DNA of 63,252 nucleotides from an uncultured virus (IMG/VR IMGVR_UViG_3300015607_003164) (Duplodnaviria > Heunggongvirae > Uroviricota > Caudoviricetes), in the IMG/VR virus record IMGVR_UViG_3300015607_003164. One strand, given 5' to 3'. The position numbers were made by a program, and so were the translations under genes. The notes under the pieces are model-generated. The model was given only the letters and a program-made list of their open reading frames with translations, searched no databases and was not told the DNA's origin. Within the stretch, counting starts at the first letter, position 1, and each line of letters begins with the position of its first letter. Below are positions 57,659 to 63,252 of the stretch, piece after piece.

Positions 57659-58377
57659 TATGGTTCTACTTTACCATCAAATTTTAATCCTTTTAACTGA
57701 CCGTTGATGGAGTTACAAACATTCTCAGAATTAGAAATAGTATTTTCTAATACAGATAATAAGATATTAAGAATTGAATAAACTTTTAAGAAATTCTTTT
57801 CTGAATCATAAAATTGTGAGTTACAAATACCTTCAATCAAATCAATTGTTAAAGTAATTGTATCATTATTCTTAGCCTTCATCTTATCTATGATAATTTT
57901 AGGAATACCAGCATCTGCCATCTCTCTTTCATAATCATAAACTATTTGATTGATCAAATCAAGAAGAGCTCTACAAACCTTAGCATCGTCCATATCTTGA
58001 TATTCTCTACTATTGACAAAATCAGATATTTTTCTTTTATAGGATTTAAGATAGATTGCTAAGTATTTTCTAAAAACAGCAGTTCTATATTCAGTTGAGA
58101 ATTGAATTGTAGGAACTTTAGAATAAGTCCAAAAGTCTATGTAATTAAATATGTCGTGATTAGTAATGTCAGAGTCTGTTATAGATTTAACGTGAGAGCT
58201 AACATCTTTAATCTTACTTCTCATAAACTTCTCTACAAATTTGTCAGATAATTTACTCAATAAAGAACTAAACCAACTGCTTTTAAGCATTGATATAAGT
58301 AAAAATATGAATATTATGAATATAGATCCTTTAATTCCATATTTTTCAAAAATTGTTGAAATATCGCTTATTCCCAT
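57658..58377 (-). CDS. Membrane-anchored late protein
   Basis: Single N-terminal TM helix. Confidence 0.8.
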   Translation of the reverse strand: MGISDISTIFEKYGIKGSIFIIFIFLLISMLKSSWFSSLLSKLSDKFVEKFMRSKIKDVSSHVKSITDSDITNHDIFNYIDFWTYSKVPTIQFSTEYRTAVFRKYLAIYLKSYKRKISDFVNSREYQDMDDAKVCRALLDLINQIVYDYEREMADAGIPKIIIDKMKAKNNDTITLTIDLIEGICNSQFYDSEKNFLKVYSILNILLSVLENTISNSENVCNSINGQLKGLKFDGKVEP

Positions 58378-58465
58378 TTACTTTTTGATATTTTATAAGG
58401 TATATATTTATTATTAAAACTACCAATTTTAATTTTCGCCAAAAACTAGTAAGTAACGACTTTAT

Positions 58466-58896
58466 ATGATCACACAAAGAAAACACAGAAGTCTTTAGCT
58501 TCTGTGATGAATTTGTGTTAAATATTTAGCTAAAAAATAGTAAAAAAGTTTAAAAATACAAAAAATGACTTTTAGACTTTAATATATACTAATATGTTAA
58601 AGTCGTATAAATATAAGATTAAACCAACAGAAGATCAAAAAGTCTTGTTAAATAAACATTTTGGATCTAAGTATTAGAGAATGGACTTGTCATTCTTGTA
58701 ATACCAAATTAGATAGAGATTTAAATGCTAGTAAAAATATTCTTAAAGAAGGAATTAAAATAATATCGTCCGGAACAGACGATTACAGACATGGAGCTGA
58801 GATAAGACCAGTTTTAACTGGCACAAGCGATGAAGTGTTTAAAAAGAAGGAGATTGTCTCCCGAAACACATTAGTCTTTAGCTAATGTGTAGTTCA
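58466..58896 (+). mobile_element. Non-autonomous IS200/IS605 derivative with internally deleted tnpB
   Basis: Left-end hairpin within 58475-58515; right-end hairpin ACACATTAG-TCTTTAG-CTAATGTGT then AGTTCA. Confidence 0.85.
58594..58885 (+). pseudogene. tnpB: TnpB remnant, N- and C-termini joined out of frame
   Basis: MLKSYKYKIKPTEDQKVLLNKHFG then LSIREWTCHSC..DRDLNASKNI. Confidence 0.85.
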
Positions 58897-58928
58897 TTTT
58901 AATATATAAACAAAATAAATAATTTAAA

Positions 58929-59261
58929 ATGGATTTAAAATATAACGTAAATAAGATTCATGTTGATTTGACTTCTCAGTTTTTTGGACATGATGTTAAA
59001 ATAGAAGAAAAGTCAAATCTAAAATTTGGTAACTATTTTGAGTTTTCTGTTGTAAAAGAAGGCGTTGAAGCAAAAATGATACTACCTATGACATCTTTAA
59101 GTAACTATAACTTTAACTGGTCTTACTTTTCTAATCCACTTGATGAGAATTCTCATTTAGTTGAAAGAAGTTCATCAGTTGATAGTTTTGCTAATGATGT
59201 AAAAGATATTTTTGAAAAAAATAGATTTTCTGAGGATTACTTGAGAGAAGTAAATAAATAA
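58929..59261 (+). CDS. Hypothetical late protein
   Basis: TAATATATA at 58900. Confidence 0.8.
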   Translation: MDLKYNVNKIHVDLTSQFFGHDVKIEEKSNLKFGNYFEFSVVKEGVEAKMILPMTSLSNYNFNWSYFSNPLDENSHLVERSSSVDSFANDVKDIFEKNRFSEDYLREVNK

Positions 59262-59271
59262 TAAATAGTAT

Positions 59272-60993
59272 ATGGCAAATTTCATAGAGGTTACATTCTC
59301 GAATATTAAGACGGAAATAGAGTACTTCCTTAAAAAGGAACACAATAAAGGCACTATATTATATAGTCCTGCTTCACCATATGGTCAAGTTCTTTCTGTG
59401 TTAGAGAATTTACACCAATTGTCAATTTTGTATTTGAAAAATGCTATAAACCAATTCGATCTTGGTGATAACAACTCATTTAATGAAAGAATTATTAGAA
59501 ATGCCGCTATATTTGCTGGTCATAATCCAGGTAGAGGTATTAGCGCTACAGGAACACTTAAATTTACATTAAAAACTAACATTGATTTAGATAAAGAAGT
59601 ACCAGGTGGTAGAATACAAATACTTAATAGAACAAAAATTAAAAATACAACCAACTCGCTATCATATTCTATGAATCTTGGAGTTGAAAGAGTTAGTCAT
59701 AAAATAACTCCAAACTATCAATTCTTTGTGCCTATTATTCAAGGTGAGTGGGTATCATCATCAAGAACAAGTGATGGTGAGCAGTTATTAACTTTTAACT
59801 TCACTGAGTCAGCTGGTAAAGATGTTGATAACTTTAATGTTGAAGTTCTTGTTAATGGTGAATATTGGTCTATTAAAAAACATATATGGGAAATGATACC
59901 TGAAGAAAAAGCTTGCGTTGTTAGAACTGGCTTTAACGGTGGTATTGATGTTGTGTTTGGTAATGGTGGGTTTGGTATGATTCCTGAGATTGCTTCAAGA
60001 ATTACAATAAATTACCTAAAAACCGATGGTAATAATGGTAACATATACAGAAGAACAAGAAATGATTGGAAATTTTTAGAAGATGCGTTTGATGGAAATG
60101 GTGATACTATCGACTTAACTAAAGTTTTTGATATCGACATTTATACAGATATTAACTTTGGTGCAGATAAAGAGGATTTAATGTTTACAAAAAATATTCT
60201 TCCTATAGTATCTAATAACTTCGTATTAGGATTACCACAACAGTATGCTTATGAAATTAAAAAATTAGGTGTTTTTTCACATGTCAATGCTTATGAAAAA
60301 AGTGGAACAATTTTTATTGTAGCAACTCCTAATATAAAACTATTCAAATCTTCTGATTCCGATTACTTTACAGTAGATATAAATGCTTTTAGTTTAGACG
60401 CATATGAGATATCAAAAATAGACAAATACTTAAAGACTGGTGGTAATTTACAATTAACTAGAAAGTATAGAATTAAATCACCTGACCTTTCTTATTACAT
60501 TATGAATGTTTATGTGATGTCCTATTCAGATGCAACTGATGACTCTGTAAATTCTCAAATTTTGGCGGCTGTTTCTGATTACTTTTTAAATTTAAGTAGA
60601 ATTGATAGAATACCAAAATTAGACATAATCAGAGTTTTATCTAATTTAAGAGACATTCACTCAGTTGATATTCAGTTTGTATCTAAGAAAAATGAAGATT
60701 ATCATAAGCAAGCTGCAACAGACGCTCAAAATAAACTAAATAAGTACAATTCAAGTTATCAAAATGATATATCTATATCAAGTATGAATCCTGATTACTC
60801 TTACAATGATGTTAAGGGTCTTGATCCTGTTTTAGGTGATATTATATTTGAACCAAATGAAATTCCTATTATTAGAGGTGGATGGTTTGATAGAAATGGT
60901 ATCTACTATTCTGATAATATAGATGGTAATGGATTGAAGTCTGTAAATATCATCAAAAAAGGTACAATAGACGCAAAAAATAGACCAATATAA
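59272..60993 (+). CDS. Baseplate wedge protein, T4 gp6-like
   Basis: VFGNGGFGMIP..I.INYL.TDG..GN; FGADKED; N-terminal SATGTL. Confidence 0.75.
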   Translation: MANFIEVTFSNIKTEIEYFLKKEHNKGTILYSPASPYGQVLSVLENLHQLSILYLKNAINQFDLGDNNSFNERIIRNAAIFAGHNPGRGISATGTLKFTLKTNIDLDKEVPGGRIQILNRTKIKNTTNSLSYSMNLGVERVSHKITPNYQFFVPIIQGEWVSSSRTSDGEQLLTFNFTESAGKDVDNFNVEVLVNGEYWSIKKHIWEMIPEEKACVVRTGFNGGIDVVFGNGGFGMIPEIASRITINYLKTDGNNGNIYRRTRNDWKFLEDAFDGNGDTIDLTKVFDIDIYTDINFGADKEDLMFTKNILPIVSNNFVLGLPQQYAYEIKKLGVFSHVNAYEKSGTIFIVATPNIKLFKSSDSDYFTVDINAFSLDAYEISKIDKYLKTGGNLQLTRKYRIKSPDLSYYIMNVYVMSYSDATDDSVNSQILAAVSDYFLNLSRIDRIPKLDIIRVLSNLRDIHSVDIQFVSKKNEDYHKQAATDAQNKLNKYNSSYQNDISISSMNPDYSYNDVKGLDPVLGDIIFEPNEIPIIRGGWFDRNGIYYSDNIDGNGLKSVNIIKKGTIDAKNRPI

Positions 60994-60995
60994 TT

Positions 60996-61250
60996 ATGTT
61001 ATATGAAAAGAAAGAGCTTGTAGAGTTACACTTCATGAAACACGTTCATGATGATGACAGTAATAAATATATTAAATATGACGAAACTATATTCGATAAA
61101 ACATTGTCGCCTTATATGTTCGAAAATGATTTTATGAATAGTTGGTTAAAGAAAATGCAACCATTAGCCGCTCTTTTATTCGACCAAATGAACCTTATGA
61201 AGAACTGGAAAAACTACATGGTAGATAAATATCATTGGAAACAGCGATAA
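60996..61250 (+). CDS. Hypothetical protein
   Basis: ORF following the baseplate gene. Confidence 0.75.
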   Translation: MLYEKKELVELHFMKHVHDDDSNKYIKYDETIFDKTLSPYMFENDFMNSWLKKMQPLAALLFDQMNLMKNWKNYMVDKYHWKQR

Positions 61251-61316
61251 TTTTTGAAAATCAAAAAAACTAAATAAATTATTTAATATATAATAGACAA
61301 AACGTAATAAAATCAA

Positions 61317-61970
61317 ATGGCAGACGAAAATAGAAAGATTGTTGGTTTCAAAAAATTCTCTGATATTAAGGGTAAATCCAAAGTAGAAGAGGTTGATTTA
61401 TCATCGGATATAAAGCCGATGACTGATTCCGATTTACCAGCAAATCCAAATGTACCTAAAGATTCTAAAAAGGTAGAAAAGCCTGCATCTAGAAAGAATT
61501 TAATTCCCAAGGATCAAACTATAGATTTACCATCTGATGAAGATGAGATGAATGATAATATAGAGTTAGAAGGTGAAAAAACACATGAAGGTAAAGTAGA
61601 CTTTACTGGTAAAGTTGCAAAATTCCCTAAAAATACTAAAGCTTCTAAGGCTTATAACTTCCTTGAGAATGTTAAAGTTTCTAAGAAATCAATTTGGTAT
61701 ATTATGGTTGAGAAGCAAGACAACGAACTTCAAATGGTTAAGTATAACTACAAAGAAGGTGTTGATTTAGTTAAATTCGTAAATGAATTAAAAACTTACT
61801 ATACTAAGAAGTATGGTAAAGATAAAAAAGTTGTTGAAGCTATATCTAAAATTGTTGTAGATGGTAACGATAAATACTCAATGGTGAAAAATATTCCACT
61901 CGTTGAAGTAGATGGTAGAAAGATGATTTCTAGAATTACCGAAGACTTAATAAAGCTTTTAAGTAAATAA
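61317..61970 (+). CDS. Hypothetical late protein
   Basis: TAATATATA upstream; terminator downstream. Confidence 0.85.
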   Translation: MADENRKIVGFKKFSDIKGKSKVEEVDLSSDIKPMTDSDLPANPNVPKDSKKVEKPASRKNLIPKDQTIDLPSDEDEMNDNIELEGEKTHEGKVDFTGKVAKFPKNTKASKAYNFLENVKVSKKSIWYIMVEKQDNELQMVKYNYKEGVDLVKFVNELKTYYTKKYGKDKKVVEAISKIVVDGNDKYSMVKNIPLVEVDGRKMISRITEDLIKLLSK

Positions 61971-61976
61971 TTTAAG

Positions 61977-62000
61977 AAACTCACTTCGGTGAGTTTTTTT
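61977..62000 (+). terminator. Intrinsic terminator with UUCG loop
   Basis: AAACTCAC-TTCG-GTGAGTTTTTTT. Confidence 0.85.
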
Positions 62001-62046
62001 ATGCAATAAACTTTAATATATACAATATCAAAATAATAACTATATT

Positions 62047-62376
62047 ATGAAACATTTAAACACATTTGCTTTATTTGAAGGTGCTACAGAAAAAGCAGCA
62101 AAAAGAAAAGATAAAAATACTGAGATTAACCCAGATAAGATTGAACAAATGAGAAAGAAAGTCAAAGACCACATTAAATCACAAGGCTGTGATACTAAAC
62201 AAGTTGGCAGCGACTTAGAAGTTCATTTAGATAAAAAACATATCGCTCAAGTGATGTTTAGAAAAGATTATATTGGTGTTAAGAAAGAAGGTAATAAGTT
62301 TCCTAAAGAATTAGGTTATGATGAGTTAGGTAAAGTTAAAACTGAATTAAGTGATATTATAAAATCTTGTAAATAA
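62047..62376 (+). CDS. N-tagged basic protein
   Basis: MKHLNTFALFE. Confidence 0.85.
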   Translation: MKHLNTFALFEGATEKAAKRKDKNTEINPDKIEQMRKKVKDHIKSQGCDTKQVGSDLEVHLDKKHIAQVMFRKDYIGVKKEGNKFPKELGYDELGKVKTELSDIIKSCK

Positions 62377-62432
62377 GAACCCCTCTTGGGATAGCATCCC
62401 TTGACTGACCCACTTAGAAATAGGTGGGTTTC

Positions 62433-63005
62433 TTATTTTGTAATAGATTTAATTATGAAATCTACTCTATCATTAATAGATATATTAGATAGGTCAGTAT
62501 GGTTTATATTTTCAATTTCTAGATATGACTTAATCCACCTTTCTAACTTTTTAATTTCATTTGTATTATGGAATCTAATGCCATCTTCTGTATCGGTATT
62601 CATAGATGGTACAAAAAAGATATAATCAACTAAATTAATATGCTTGAGAATTTCTTTTTGCATGTGATTAATAGAAGCTATATCTTTATTAGATAATTGA
62701 TATGGATATAATGTTCTGAAGTAAAAATAATTTAATATAGAACTTGAATCACAAATAATATAGTCTTTATTTTCCAAAAACATTTTCTCTCTATTGAGTT
62801 GTTTATAGAAAATTATCATTTGATCGTTTGGAGTATTTGGAACACCATACTCTGCTATATAGTCAGTTGCTGCCTCGCTAACAAAAATAGAGTTCAGTCC
62901 CATCTTTTTAAGTCGTGTATGTACTTCTGCGGCTAAGGTACTTTTACCAGAAGCTGGAGGTCCCATAACCATAATTAATTTACCTTTAGAACTCATATCT
63001 TTCAT
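62433..63005 (-). CDS. P-loop kinase (NadR/AAA_28-like)
   Basis: GPPASGKST; IICDSS; DGIR. Confidence 0.8.
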   Translation of the reverse strand: MKDMSSKGKLIMVMGPPASGKSTLAAEVHTRLKKMGLNSIFVSEAATDYIAEYGVPNTPNDQMIIFYKQLNREKMFLENKDYIICDSSSILNYFYFRTLYPYQLSNKDIASINHMQKEILKHINLVDYIFFVPSMNTDTEDGIRFHNTNEIKKLERWIKSYLEIENINHTDLSNISINDRVDFIIKSITK

Positions 63006-63252
63006 ATTCTATAAATGAATAATTATATTCGTTTTTATCATCAGATTCAAAGTCTTTTGAATCTATTATTGCCCATTCATTTCCTATCTCAGGAAAATTA
63101 GTATCACCTTCAAAGTCTTTATGAACTAGTGTTAAGTATATTTTATCAGCAATATCCATAGATTGTTTGTATATCTCACCACCCCCGATAATAAAACAAT
63201 TATTGTTTGTTAAAAGTAAAGCCTCTTCTAAAGAAGAAACCACTTCACAACC
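62986..63252 (-). CDS. folA: Dihydrofolate reductase (3' part, runs off window)
   Basis: FIIGGGEIYKQ..IYLTLVH..FEGDTNFP. Confidence 0.9.
   Translation of the reverse strand, partial: GCEVVSSLEEALLLTNNNCFIIGGGEIYKQSMDIADKIYLTLVHKDFEGDTNFPEIGNEWAIIDSKDFESDDKNEYNYSFIEYERYEF

Noticed and set aside
62377..62432. Small hairpins GGGATAGCATCCC and ACCCAC..GTGGGT
   Set aside because: Adequately explained as a terminator between convergent genes.
1..63252. Alternative genetic code (stop-codon reassignment)
   Set aside because: Known genes are full length in the standard code and genes tile densely; TGA and TAA are common stops and TAG ends at least the SLT gene.

Overview
AT-rich, gene-dense segment of a large tailed-phage genome (T4 gp6-like baseplate wedge, tail-collar gene, homing endonucleases, ClpP, HU, DHFR). 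The host is very probably Bacteroidota: many intergenic TAnnTTTG promoters, several with TTTG 19-20 bp upstream, and no Shine-Dalgarno sequences. No rRNA, tRNA or CRISPR array was seen. The main unexplained feature is a pair of mutually exclusive peptide tags on otherwise unrelated proteins. About 32 early/middle proteins end in R-[DEN]-x-K-[LI]-x-x-[LI]-[LG]-(I). About 16 proteins behind a TAATATATA promoter begin with MK[YH][LI]K..F(N)ES, which resembles the T4 capsid-targeting sequence. Other observations: three promoter classes; a five-copy 27-bp TACA-N19-TGTA element; a strand-skew switch near 15.0-15.3 kb (candidate origin); a pseudoknotted ncRNA candidate at 10.34-10.49 kb; an acyl-carrier-protein look-alike lacking its serine; two defective IS200/IS605 tnpB elements; a homing endonuclease that appears to bring a replacement 3' end for its target gene; and two genes cleanly split by foreign DNA (one carrying host rplL and NlpC sequence), which may be real captures or assembly chimeras. 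All calls were made by eye from motifs; no searches were run.
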